Source: Candidatus Falkowbacteria bacterium (GTDB lineage Bacteria; Patescibacteriota; Patescibacteriia; Patescibacteriales; UBA12465). Taken from it: a stretch of DNA of 64,000 nt. The position numbers and the translations under genes are program-made. Where the stretch lies: the NCBI GenBank assembly GCA_012800315.1, contig JAAZJO010000006.1, positions 10,172 to 74,171 on the forward strand. The letters are read 5' to 3'. Under the pieces are notes generated by a model. The model ran no database searches. It was not told where the DNA came from and worked only from the letters and a program-made list of their open reading frames with translations. Shown piece after piece: positions 35,575 to 43,957 of the stretch. The first letter of the stretch is position 1, and every line of letters begins with the position of its first letter.

Positions 35575-36678
35575 TTAATTTTTCTTATTATCTTTATTAA
35601 GTTTATCTTTCTTTTCAACTACATTGTCTTCAGTTAATTCATCACAAAACTCTAATTCATAAATATGAATAATGGTAATTGCTAAAGTTAACATTAACGG
35701 ACCGATAGCTACTCCCCAAATACCAAACAAAGCTAAGCCACCAAGGATGGAAAAGAAAATAAATACTGGATTTATCTTTTCCTTGCCCTTAATCATGAAA
35801 GTGCGAACAATATTATCAACCGTACCAATAACTAAAAATCCCCAAAGAAGAATAAATATTCCCTGCCAAATTTCTCCGGTTAAAAGGTAATAAATAGCTA
35901 CTGGAACATAAAAAATAGCTGAGCCAAAATAAGGTAAAAAGGAAAATAAAAAGACTAAAATAAACGCTAAAAAAGCCGGAAAACCCACAATCGCAAAACC
36001 AATCGCACCGGCAATTCCTTGGGTTAATGAGGCAGCAAAAGCAGCCACTAAAGTTGAATAACTAACATCTCTAAATTTTTCAAATATTTTTCTATCATAT
36101 TTATCCGGCAGCGGCGAAAGATGCATTAAACGCTGCAACATTTCCTTTCCATCAACAAAGAAAAAGAACATGGTTAAAATGATCAAAACTAAAGAAAAAA
36201 TAAAATTAGCCGTTCCCTTAACTAAATCAGTAGCACCAGCAATTAACCAGGAACTAGCATCTCTGGCCACCGTTAAAATAGTATCCTGAAAAGCCTGACT
36301 TTGAATCTTGTTAAAATTCAAATGACGAAAAATAGATTTTTCTCCCACGTTACCACCCAGCACATCCTCTAAACTATGTTCACTAAAAAAAGCAACGGTT
36401 TCATTATAAGTCACCACTGATTTTTCTGCGCCATAAATCAATAATTTAACCGATGGCAAAATTATCACCAAAACTAAAATTAAACACATTAAAACGGCGG
36501 CTAAATTTTTTCGCCCCCTAAGAGTTTTTGTTAAAGCAAGATACGGCTTATAAAATATGGTCGCCATGACTGCGGCCATAAATATTTCCGGAATAAAAGG
36601 CTTAAACACCAAGAAACAACCAACTATCACCAAAAAAACGAGAATCAAAATAAATGGCTTAGTTAATTTTCTAGGCAT
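35575..36678 (-). CDS. AI-2E (PerM) family transporter
   Basis: 367 aa with about 8 TM helices, and the conserved C-terminal layout (FLPYFGSAI..., GGLALFGIWGVAIGP). Confidence 0.8.
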   Translation of the reverse strand: MPRKLTKPFILILVFLVIVGCFLVFKPFIPEIFMAAVMATIFYKPYLALTKTLRGRKNLAAVLMCLILVLVIILPSVKLLIYGAEKSVVTYNETVAFFSEHSLEDVLGGNVGEKSIFRHLNFNKIQSQAFQDTILTVARDASSWLIAGATDLVKGTANFIFSLVLIILTMFFFFVDGKEMLQRLMHLSPLPDKYDRKIFEKFRDVSYSTLVAAFAASLTQGIAGAIGFAIVGFPAFLAFILVFLFSFLPYFGSAIFYVPVAIYYLLTGEIWQGIFILLWGFLVIGTVDNIVRTFMIKGKEKINPVFIFFSILGGLALFGIWGVAIGPLMLTLAITIIHIYELEFCDELTEDNVVEKKDKLNKDNKKN

Positions 36679-36685
36679 ATAAAAA

Positions 36686-36841
36686 TTATTTAGTTTCTTT
36701 ATGAAGAGTGTGTTTTCTGCATTGATTGCAATATTTTGACAATTCCAAACGCTCTTTCAACGTTTTTTTGTTTTTATGAGAATGATGCGTAATCGTTTTG
36801 CAAGCTGTGCATTCAAACTTAATCATGTTGTCTTGAGACAT
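36686..36841 (-). CDS. rpmG: 50S ribosomal protein L33
   Basis: Not in the ORF track (51 aa). The minus-strand translation is MSQDNMIKFECTACKTITHHSHKNKKTLKERLELSKYCNQCRKHTLHKETK, the L33 CxxC...CxxC zinc-ribbon pattern with KNKK and the HKE(T)K end. Confidence 0.85.
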   Translation of the reverse strand: MSQDNMIKFECTACKTITHHSHKNKKTLKERLELSKYCNQCRKHTLHKETK

Positions 36842-36948
36842 ATTTTTCTTAAAAATTAATTATACATAAACTATACCTAAACAATATATAAAAACAGGCT
36901 AAAAGTCAATAAAAACAGCTAATCTTATTTTAATCTAGCTAAATTACA

Positions 36949-37824
36949 TTATTTTTGACAATGAGGACAATAAGTTGTACCCCGACCAGCTAATTTTACT
37001 TTAACAATTTTCGTTTTACACACTAAACAGGCCTCTTTTTGTCGCCCATAAACTTTTAAAAAGCGCGAAAAATTTCCCTTTTTCCCCCGAGAATCAACAT
37101 AATTGCTAAAAGTCGTGCCCCGATACTCCAACGCTTTTTTAATTAAACGATTGATTGCCTTATATAATTTTTCTAATTCTTCTTTTTTCAGACTACTAGC
37201 TAAGCGAGTCGGGCGAATACCAGCGGCAAATAAGGCCTCATCAACATAAATATTACCTAGACCAGCAATAAGTTTTTGATTAAGCAAAACTGCTTTTATC
37301 TTTGTTTTTCTGTTTTTAATAATTTCTTGAAAGCGTGCTAAAGAAAACTCTGGCGTAAGTGGCTCTGGTCCATAATTTTTAGCCAGAATATTTTTTAATT
37401 CTTGGGCATTAACTAATTTCAAATAACCAAACTTGCGTAAATCATTAAAAAATAATTGACCACCGCCAGAAAAAGAGAAAATGGCACGCGTATATTTATT
37501 CGGTAATTTTCCGCCCACCGCTTTTTCAAAAGAACCCTCAGCTAAACTATGACCGCCGGCAATTCTGTGCTTCTTTGACTGAAAAATTAACTGCCCAGTC
37601 ATTTTCAAATGAATCAACAAAAACTGATCAGCCGAAAAAACAAAAATTAATAATTTACCCCGACGCTCTATTTTTAATAATTTTTTTCCCATCAACGCCC
37701 GTTTTAAAAAAGCCGCTGAAGGAGAAGCGGTTTTAGCATCAAGAATATCTAGCGCGCTGATTTTTTGACCAATTAAAACATCCAAATCACGTCTAATTGT
37801 TTCTACCTCTGGTAATTCCGGCAT
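36949..37824 (-). CDS. mutM: Formamidopyrimidine-DNA glycosylase
   Basis: MPELPEVETIRR N-terminus and a C-terminal zinc finger CLVCKTKI...YCPHCQ. Confidence 0.9.
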   Translation of the reverse strand: MPELPEVETIRRDLDVLIGQKISALDILDAKTASPSAAFLKRALMGKKLLKIERRGKLLIFVFSADQFLLIHLKMTGQLIFQSKKHRIAGGHSLAEGSFEKAVGGKLPNKYTRAIFSFSGGGQLFFNDLRKFGYLKLVNAQELKNILAKNYGPEPLTPEFSLARFQEIIKNRKTKIKAVLLNQKLIAGLGNIYVDEALFAAGIRPTRLASSLKKEELEKLYKAINRLIKKALEYRGTTFSNYVDSRGKKGNFSRFLKVYGRQKEACLVCKTKIVKVKLAGRGTTYCPHCQK

Positions 37825-37827
37825 ACT

Positions 37828-37932
37828 TTATAAAGATAATAAAACGGTAATCACAATACCCAGAGCTAAAAATAGAATGGCGTAAATTTTTATTAGGCTA
37901 AGACCTAATTTATCGGGATTAAATAATGGCAT
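37828..37932 (-). CDS. Possible 34-aa single-TM micropeptide between tRNA-Tyr and mutM
   Basis: MPLFNPDKLGLSLIKIYAILFLALGIVITVLLSL. The ATG is 10 nt after the tRNA-Tyr discriminator, and the TAA stop is 3 nt before the mutM ATG. Weak evidence. Confidence 0.2.
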   Translation of the reverse strand: MPLFNPDKLGLSLIKIYAILFLALGIVITVLLSL

Positions 37933-37942
37933 AATTTTAAGG

Positions 37943-38025
37943 TGGGCCGAGTTGGATTCGAACCAACGAAGGCGTGAGCCAGCAGATTTACAGTCTGCCC
38001 CAGTTGACCGCTTTGGTATCGACCC
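37943..38025 (-). tRNA. tRNA-Tyr (anticodon GUA), class II long variable arm
   Basis: GGGTCGA/TCGGCCC acceptor, GCAGA-CTGTAAA-TCTGC anticodon arm, a long variable arm, and GTTGG-TTCGAAT-CCAAC T arm. It is followed by CC but not a full CCA. Confidence 0.9.
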
Positions 38026-38112
38026 TGATTTATCAGTCTTGTTTTATAATAAAAAAAATATTAACACTTGTCAAACCAATAATCGGTTATCAATAGTTAA
38101 TATTTTTACTTA

Positions 38113-38475
38113 TTATCTTATCTTAGTAATCACAAAATAAACTAGGGCGTAGGAAGAAAAAATCACTGCCAAACCAACTGCTGACCAAACCAAGATGTCT
38201 TTCCCTTTTTTAACCTTATCTGAACTACCGCCAGACAACATCCAAGTAAGTCCGCCAAAAATAAACATGAGTAAAGCGATAGAGCCAACTATACCCATAA
38301 TCGCATTAATCACATTACCAATTAATTTTTGCGGGGTAGTGTCATTTCCCAGAGGATTCTCCAAACAAACAGTTCCATCTCCGGGACAATCCGCCCTCAC
38401 AACTGAAATTGGGGCAGCTAAAGATAAAAAAGCAATAACTAATAATAAACAAATAGAAATTAAATGTTTTTTCAT
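38113..38475 (-). CDS. T4SS-pilin-like (TrbC/VirB2-like) small secreted membrane protein
   Basis: Signal peptide, NPLGNDTTPQKLIGNVINAIMGIVGSIALLMFIFGGLTWMLSGGSSDKVKKGKDILVWSAVGLAVIF. This is the two-helix pattern I recall for the CPR 'T4SS pilin' family. The assignment is from memory only. Confidence 0.5.
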   Translation of the reverse strand: MKKHLISICLLLVIAFLSLAAPISVVRADCPGDGTVCLENPLGNDTTPQKLIGNVINAIMGIVGSIALLMFIFGGLTWMLSGGSSDKVKKGKDILVWSAVGLAVIFSSYALVYFVITKIR

Positions 38476-38495
38476 AAATTTTTTATGCTAACTAA

Positions 38496-38524
38496 ATCAT
38501 AACATTTTTATTTATTAATAACAA
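38496..38524 (-). promoter_or_regulatory. Candidate promoter for the pilin-like gene (TTGTTA-17-TATGAT)
   Basis: On the minus strand there is TTGTTA (38519-24), a 17-nt spacer and TATGAT (38496-501). Confidence 0.4.
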
Positions 38525-38549
38525 GATAGTTAGCTTAATAAATACCTTA

Positions 38550-38582
38550 TTAAAAAGACTATTCTCCGAATAGTCTTTTTTT
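38550..38582. terminator. Terminator hairpin immediately 3' of tRNA-Thr
   Basis: AAAGACTATTC-tccg-GAATAGTCTTT, an 11-bp stem flanked by A and T runs. Confidence 0.6.
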
Positions 38583-38587
38583 CTCTG

Positions 38588-38660
38588 AGCCGTTGACCGG
38601 GATTGAACCGGTGACCTTCTCCTTACCATGGAGATGCTCTACCAGCTGAGCTACAACGGC
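38588..38660 (-). tRNA. tRNA-Thr (anticodon GGU), no encoded CCA
   Basis: GCCGTTG/CAACGGC acceptor, GCTC/GAGC D stem, TCTCC-ATGGTAA-GGAGA anticodon arm, and ACCGG-TTCAATC-CCGGT T arm. Confidence 0.9.
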
Positions 38661-38694
38661 TTAGTTTAAATTTAACTTTATTTAATAATAATTT

Positions 38695-39501
38695 TTATAG
38701 TTTTTCTATTAACTCTGCCCATTCAGCCAACTTCTGATTCTCTGGATTAACTAAGGCTAATTTCTCTAAAAAAGTAATAGCTAATTCTTTATCTTTTCTC
38801 ATTATACTTAAATCCAAGATTAAATCAAGATAACGGGGATTATTTGATTCTAATTCTAAAGCCTCTCTAATATTTTCCAAAGCAGCTTCCAGCTCGCCCG
38901 CCTCCTTTTCCACCCAAGCTAAAGAAAAATAAATTTCTTGAGGTGTAATTTCTCCCATTAAATCATCATCTTGCTCATACTGTTTAGCTAGTTTTAAGGC
39001 ATAATTATAAGTCTCACGCGCCTCTGGCCACTTTTTTTGCTCACTATAAAGATTGCCTAACTTAAAAAAGGCTGGCAAATTTTTCTGATCAAGCGTAATT
39101 ATATTCAACAACTTCTCTTCTGCTTCAGCATATTTTTCCTCCTTTAATAAATCAGCATAAGCAATAAATAATTCCTTAATCATTTTTTTCTTCTCGCTAT
39201 AAGGAATTTTTACTGAAGCCTTATAATTTAATTTAGCTTTTTCTAATTTATTTTGTAAAGATTGTAAAAAATTAGAAACATGTTTAGTGATAAATAGCCA
39301 AATACGTGCTAGTACACCACTAATACGAGCCACATCACGTTCAACTTTTTGTCTAATAATTTGATCCTTAAATTTTGTTTCTTTTTCACCCGGCAAATTA
39401 TTTATATCTAAAATTGCTAAGGCCGGAAATTTTTTCAAAATAATGATCACAATCACTAACAAACTTAAAACTAGTAAAATTATAGAAAAAGTAGTCAACA
39501 T
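38695..39501 (-). CDS. Membrane-anchored TPR-repeat protein
   Basis: N-terminal TM helix followed by several TPR-like units (YAEAEEKLLNII, FFKLGNLYSEQKKWPEARETYNYALKL, LEAALENIREALEL). Confidence 0.7.
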   Translation of the reverse strand: MLTTFSIILLVLSLLVIVIIILKKFPALAILDINNLPGEKETKFKDQIIRQKVERDVARISGVLARIWLFITKHVSNFLQSLQNKLEKAKLNYKASVKIPYSEKKKMIKELFIAYADLLKEEKYAEAEEKLLNIITLDQKNLPAFFKLGNLYSEQKKWPEARETYNYALKLAKQYEQDDDLMGEITPQEIYFSLAWVEKEAGELEAALENIREALELESNNPRYLDLILDLSIMRKDKELAITFLEKLALVNPENQKLAEWAELIEKL

Positions 39502-39504
39502 ATT

Positions 39505-40242
39505 CTAGTTAGTTATAATAGAAAAGTCTTTAACCTGCAAACTAGCGCCACCAACTAATAATCCATCAATATGCGCTTGCGCTAAAAAATCAGCCGCATT
39601 CTCAGCCTTAACACTACCACCATAAAGCACGCGAACTTTTTTCTGCAAAATCTTCTGCGCCTGCTCTTTAATAAATTTCTGAATCTCATCTGCCTCAGAA
39701 CAGGAAATCGGCTTGGCTCCTTTATTAGTGCTAATCGCCCAAACTGGTTCATAGGCAATAATTAAATCATTGACTGTTTTTATTTTAAGACCTTTTAAAC
39801 CTTGACGCAATTCTTGGAGTAAATATTCCTTAGTTTTACCTGCTCTCTTCTCAGCTAATCTTTCACCAATACAAAAAACTGGTACTAATTTATTTTCTAA
39901 AGCGACTTTAATTTTTTGATTAATCAATACTGAATCCTCCTTTAAGTATTCCCTTCTTTCACTGTGACCTAAAATAACATATTTTGCTCCCAATGATTGG
40001 ATATTTAGCGGCGAAACCTCACCTGTATAAGCACCTTTGGCGCTAAAAGCACAATCCTGCGCTCCTAAAGCAATATTAGTGTTTTTAAAAATTGGCGCTA
40101 AAAAAGCTAAAGCAGCATAATCTGGGCAAACGACAATTTCATTTTTTTGTAAATTAAGTTTTTTCACATATCCCCTAGCCAAAACTAAGCTTTCCTTTAA
40201 AGATAACTGCATTTTCCAATTAGCAATAATTATTTTTTTCAT
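39505..40242 (-). CDS. tpiA: Triosephosphate isomerase
   Basis: IIANWKM, GHSERR, AYEPVWAI and GGSV motifs. Confidence 0.9.
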   Translation of the reverse strand: MKKIIIANWKMQLSLKESLVLARGYVKKLNLQKNEIVVCPDYAALAFLAPIFKNTNIALGAQDCAFSAKGAYTGEVSPLNIQSLGAKYVILGHSERREYLKEDSVLINQKIKVALENKLVPVFCIGERLAEKRAGKTKEYLLQELRQGLKGLKIKTVNDLIIAYEPVWAISTNKGAKPISCSEADEIQKFIKEQAQKILQKKVRVLYGGSVKAENAADFLAQAHIDGLLVGGASLQVKDFSIITN

Positions 40243-40246
40243 ATTT

Positions 40247-41173
40247 TTACTTTTTTAAACTTTTTGTCCAAGCAACCGTTCTTTTTATACCTTCTTCTAA
40301 ATTTATTTTTGGCTCCCAATTTAAAACATCTTTGGCGCGCTGATAACTTAAACAACTTCTTCTTTGTTCACCTAATTTCTTTGGCTTTTCTTTTATTTTT
40401 ATTTTTTCGCCTAAAGCTTTTTCAATATTCTCTCTCACCTCTAACAAAGTGCTCTCCACTCCCGAACCAATATTTATCTCTCCCCGACAATCAATATTCA
40501 TGGCTGCATATAAACCATCAACCACATCATCTACATAAACAAAATCTCTGGTCTGTAAACCATCACCAAATTGTAAACTCTCTTTTTCTTTAACTCCATT
40601 TTCAACAAAAATAGCAATCACTCCCGCTTCTCCGCCCTTAAACTGACGCGGTCCATAAACATTAGCAAAACGTAAAACAGTAAAATTTAAACCGTAAACA
40701 TGATAATAATAATTTAAATACTTTTCTAAAGTTAATTTATGGATACCATAAGGTGATAAGGGAAAAGTTGGATAATTTTCGGTAGTGGGAATTTCTTCCG
40801 CTTCACCATAAATAGCGCCACCGGTAGAGGCCATGATTATTTTTTTAATCTGGTGACGATAACTATTTTCAATTATATTTAAACCTCCCAGTACATTTAT
40901 TTTATTATCAAAAACTGGATCCTCAACTGATTTGCGCACATCAATTTGAGCCGCTAGGTGATAAACGAATTGAAATTTTTCCTTTTGAAAAATTCTCGCA
41001 ACTTTTGGTGAACAAATATCTATTTTATATAATTTAGCAGCTGGATTAACATATTCCTTCTTGCCAGAAGACAAATCATCTATAATTACCACCTCATTTC
41101 CCTCCTTAATTAATCTATCAACCAGCGTTGAGCCAATAAAACCAGCCCCGCCGGTAACGAGTATTTTTGACAT
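40247..41173 (-). CDS. NAD-dependent sugar-nucleotide epimerase/dehydratase (GalE-like SDR)
   Basis: ILVTGGAGFIGS Rossmann motif and YxxxK (SPYGIHKL). 308 aa. Confidence 0.85.
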   Translation of the reverse strand: MSKILVTGGAGFIGSTLVDRLIKEGNEVVIIDDLSSGKKEYVNPAAKLYKIDICSPKVARIFQKEKFQFVYHLAAQIDVRKSVEDPVFDNKINVLGGLNIIENSYRHQIKKIIMASTGGAIYGEAEEIPTTENYPTFPLSPYGIHKLTLEKYLNYYYHVYGLNFTVLRFANVYGPRQFKGGEAGVIAIFVENGVKEKESLQFGDGLQTRDFVYVDDVVDGLYAAMNIDCRGEINIGSGVESTLLEVRENIEKALGEKIKIKEKPKKLGEQRRSCLSYQRAKDVLNWEPKINLEEGIKRTVAWTKSLKK

Positions 41174-41283
41174 AAATATTTTTTATTTTTATATAAATTA
41201 TCATAGCATTATTTTTGAATAAAATGAAGAGAAAAAACTAATAATTTATCACTAAATTCAGATCTTCAATGACTTGCCAGACT

Positions 41284-41312
41284 AATCTTTTTTTGCTAAA
41301 ATAATACTAGAA
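41284..41312 (+). promoter_or_regulatory. Candidate gyrB promoter (TTGCCA-17-TAAAAT)
   Basis: TTGCCA at 41284-89, a 17-nt spacer, and TAAAAT at 41307-12. It would give a leader of about 90 nt. Confidence 0.45.
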
Positions 41313-41403
41313 AATTAATTAATTATGACCACCTAAAAAGCGGTAAAAATAAACAAAAATGCCCATAAATACTTGGGGTTTTTGTTTTTAATTCTGATTC
41401 TAT

Positions 41404-43455
41404 ATGTCAAAAAACCAAAAAAAAGTTAACGATTATGGTGCTGACCAGATCACTGTCTTAGAAGGACTGGATCCGGTTAGAAAGAGGCCGGGAATGTATA
41501 TTGGCTCAACCTCTTCTACTGGCTTACACCACTTAATTTGGGAAGTGGTTGATAACTCTATTGATGAGGCTATGGCCGGTTATGCCACCGAAATTACTGT
41601 CTCCCTACTACCAGATAGATTGGTTTCGGTAGCTGATAATGGACGCGGTATTCCAGTTCAAAAACATAAAACTACCGGAGTTTCTGCCCTAGAAACGGTT
41701 TTAACTAAACTACACGCTGGTGGTAAATTTGGAGGTGGTAGTTATAAAGTTTCTGGCGGTCTACACGGAGTCGGCGTCTCAGTAGTTAATGCTTTAAGTG
41801 AATACCTAAAAGCAGAAATTCATTCTTCTGATGGTAAAATCTGGGTCCAGGAATATAAAGCCGGTAAACCACAAAAACCAGCTAAACCAGTAGGTAACTG
41901 TAAAGATACTGGAACAATCATTACCTTTAGGCCAGACAGCACTATTTTTACCGAGCTAGAATATAATTGGGGCAAGATTCTTGATCGCTTAAGACAGCAA
42001 TCTTATTTAACCAAAGGGATTACTATTAATGTTTTTGATAAGCGTGAAGGTCATCGCGAAAAAAAATATCGTTTCCATTTTGAAGGCGGCATTAAATCAT
42101 ATATAAAATCCCTCCATCGCAATAAAGAGGTTAAAAATGATACAGTTTTTTATGTTGATAAAGAGATTGATAATTGTAAAATAGAAATCGCTCTCCAATA
42201 CAATGATGAATATAATGAAACTTTATTAGCTTTTGCTAATAATATTCATAACCAGGAAGGTGGAACTCATGTGGCTGGTTTTCGTTCGGCTTTAACCAGA
42301 ACTTTAAATAACTATGCCCGCAGTAAAAATATCTTAAAAGAAAAGCAAGAAAACTTAAGCGGTGACGATGTGCGTGAAGGCCTAACAGCTATTATCAGTG
42401 TTAAATTACCTGTTCCACAATTTGAGGGACAAACTAAAGGAAAACTTGGAAACGCAGAAATGAAAGGTTATGTTGAAAACGTCTTCGGCGAAGCTTTTCT
42501 CACCTATCTAGAAGAACATCCTAAGGAAGCTGAATCAATAATCGGTAAATGTGTTCTCTCTGCCCAAGCGCGCTTAGCTGCTAGAACTGCCCGAGCAACC
42601 ATTCTAAGGAAAGGCGCTCTAGAAGGCATGACACTCCCAGGAAAATTAGCTGATTGTTCTAGTCGCCACCCAGAAGAATGTGAATTATATATTGTTGAAG
42701 GAGACTCCGCTGGTGGTAGTGCCAAACAAGGACGTAATCGTAAATTTCAAGCTATTCTCCCTTTACGCGGTAAAATTTTAAACGTTGAACGAGCTCGTTT
42801 AGATAAAATATTAGTTAATGAAGAAATAAAAAATTTAGTTATTGCTCTAGGCACTAATATTGATGATCAACTTGATATTGAAAAATTAAGATACCACCGC
42901 ATCATTATCATGACTGATGCTGATGTAGACGGTGCTCATATTTGCACCCTGCTCCTTACTTTATTTTTCCGCTACTTCACTCCTTTAATTACTGGTGGCT
43001 ATATTTATATCGCCCAACCACCTTTATATCAATTACGCAAAGGCGCAACCGTCCGCTATGCTTATAATGATGAAGAAAAAGAAAAAATAATTACTGAACT
43101 GGGCGGCAATTTAGAAGAGACTGTTGAAGTTGGTGAAGAAAATGATGAAGGTGAAACTACTGAAATAATTGAGGAAGAAACCGAAGCAAAAGGAAAGAAA
43201 AAGAAAGACGGAGAAGATGATAAGAAAAAAACAAGTAAAATAATTATTCAACGCTACAAAGGTCTCGGAGAAATGAACCCAGAACAACTTTGGAGCACTA
43301 CTATGGATCCCGAACACCGTGTTTTGAAACAAGTAGTCCTAGAAGATGCAGCCAAAGCGGATCAAACCTTTGATATGTTAATGGGTAATAATGTCGGTCC
43401 ACGTAAAAACTTTATCCAAACCCATGCTAAGAAAGCAAAGAACTTAGATTTCTAA
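41404..43455 (+). CDS. gyrB: DNA gyrase subunit B
   Basis: YGADQITVLEGLDPVRKRPGMYIG, GHKL ATPase motifs, Toprim (EGDSAGG, IMTDADVDG) and QRYKGLGEMNPEQLW. Confidence 0.95.
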   Translation: MSKNQKKVNDYGADQITVLEGLDPVRKRPGMYIGSTSSTGLHHLIWEVVDNSIDEAMAGYATEITVSLLPDRLVSVADNGRGIPVQKHKTTGVSALETVLTKLHAGGKFGGGSYKVSGGLHGVGVSVVNALSEYLKAEIHSSDGKIWVQEYKAGKPQKPAKPVGNCKDTGTIITFRPDSTIFTELEYNWGKILDRLRQQSYLTKGITINVFDKREGHREKKYRFHFEGGIKSYIKSLHRNKEVKNDTVFYVDKEIDNCKIEIALQYNDEYNETLLAFANNIHNQEGGTHVAGFRSALTRTLNNYARSKNILKEKQENLSGDDVREGLTAIISVKLPVPQFEGQTKGKLGNAEMKGYVENVFGEAFLTYLEEHPKEAESIIGKCVLSAQARLAARTARATILRKGALEGMTLPGKLADCSSRHPEECELYIVEGDSAGGSAKQGRNRKFQAILPLRGKILNVERARLDKILVNEEIKNLVIALGTNIDDQLDIEKLRYHRIIIMTDADVDGAHICTLLLTLFFRYFTPLITGGYIYIAQPPLYQLRKGATVRYAYNDEEKEKIITELGGNLEETVEVGEENDEGETTEIIEEETEAKGKKKKDGEDDKKKTSKIIIQRYKGLGEMNPEQLWSTTMDPEHRVLKQVVLEDAAKADQTFDMLMGNNVGPRKNFIQTHAKKAKNLDF

Positions 43456-43456
43456 T

Positions 43457-43888
43457 ATGTATATTTATTTCATAACTCCAATCATCGCTTTTTCAATCGC
43501 CCAAGGAACAAAAGTTTTTTTACGCTCCTTAAAGCAAAAAATCACCTGGCGTGATATTTTCTCTTACTCCGATATGCCTAGTGGACATGCGGCAGTTGTT
43601 GTTGCTATGGCTACTATTCTTGCTTTAAGACTAGGAATTGATTCGCCAATTTTTGCTGCTACCTTTGTCTATGCCGCTATTGTCATTACTGACGCCGTCG
43701 GTTTACGCAACTATCTTGGACAGCATGGCAAAACTTTAAATATCTTAGTTAAGGATTTAAAAGAAGATGAATTTCTTGATCATAGCTATCCTAAATTATT
43801 AGAAAAAATTGGACACACACCACTACAAGTTTTAATTGGTGGGATAATTGGTGTTACCGTTAGTGTGATTATGCATCTCCTTTTCTAA
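43457..43888 (+). CDS. Divergent PAP2 / DUF212-type membrane protein
   Basis: 143 aa with MPSGHAA and a C-terminal GHTPLQV motif, typical of the 'acid phosphatase/vanadium-dependent haloperoxidase-related' family. It starts 1 nt after the gyrB stop. Confidence 0.7.
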   Translation: MYIYFITPIIAFSIAQGTKVFLRSLKQKITWRDIFSYSDMPSGHAAVVVAMATILALRLGIDSPIFAATFVYAAIVITDAVGLRNYLGQHGKTLNILVKDLKEDEFLDHSYPKLLEKIGHTPLQVLIGGIIGVTVSVIMHLLF

Positions 43889-43920
43889 TTATTTCTCTCT
43901 AATAAAAATAAATCTCTATT

Positions 43921-43957
43921 TAAAAACAAGCTCTTCTATTCAGAGCTTGTTTTTTTA
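43921..43957. terminator. Bidirectional terminator between convergent genes (overlaps the last codons of the iPGM-like gene)
   Basis: AAACAAGCTCT-tctattc-AGAGCTTGTTT flanked by A and T runs. Confidence 0.6.

Noticed and set aside
36842-36948. A weak hairpin (AGCTAG...TTAGCT plus GTTTTTATT) after mutM, considered as a terminator, and possible rpmG promoters.
   Set aside because: The stem is only 5-6 bp with a 12-nt loop, and there are several equally plausible -10 elements. This is not well enough supported to annotate.
37952-38140. A 62-aa plus-strand ORF, and similarly the 34643..34870 ORF.
   Set aside because: They are antisense translations across tRNA-Tyr and tRNA-Trp respectively. They have no coding features and overlap confidently folded tRNAs.
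43110-43260. An acidic and lysine-rich insertion in GyrB (EETVEVGEENDEGETTEIIEEETEAKGKKKKDGEDDKKK), considered as a possible intein or novel domain.
   Set aside because: It lies in the known variable linker before the QRYKGLGEM motif. It is low-complexity, short, and lacks intein splice motifs.
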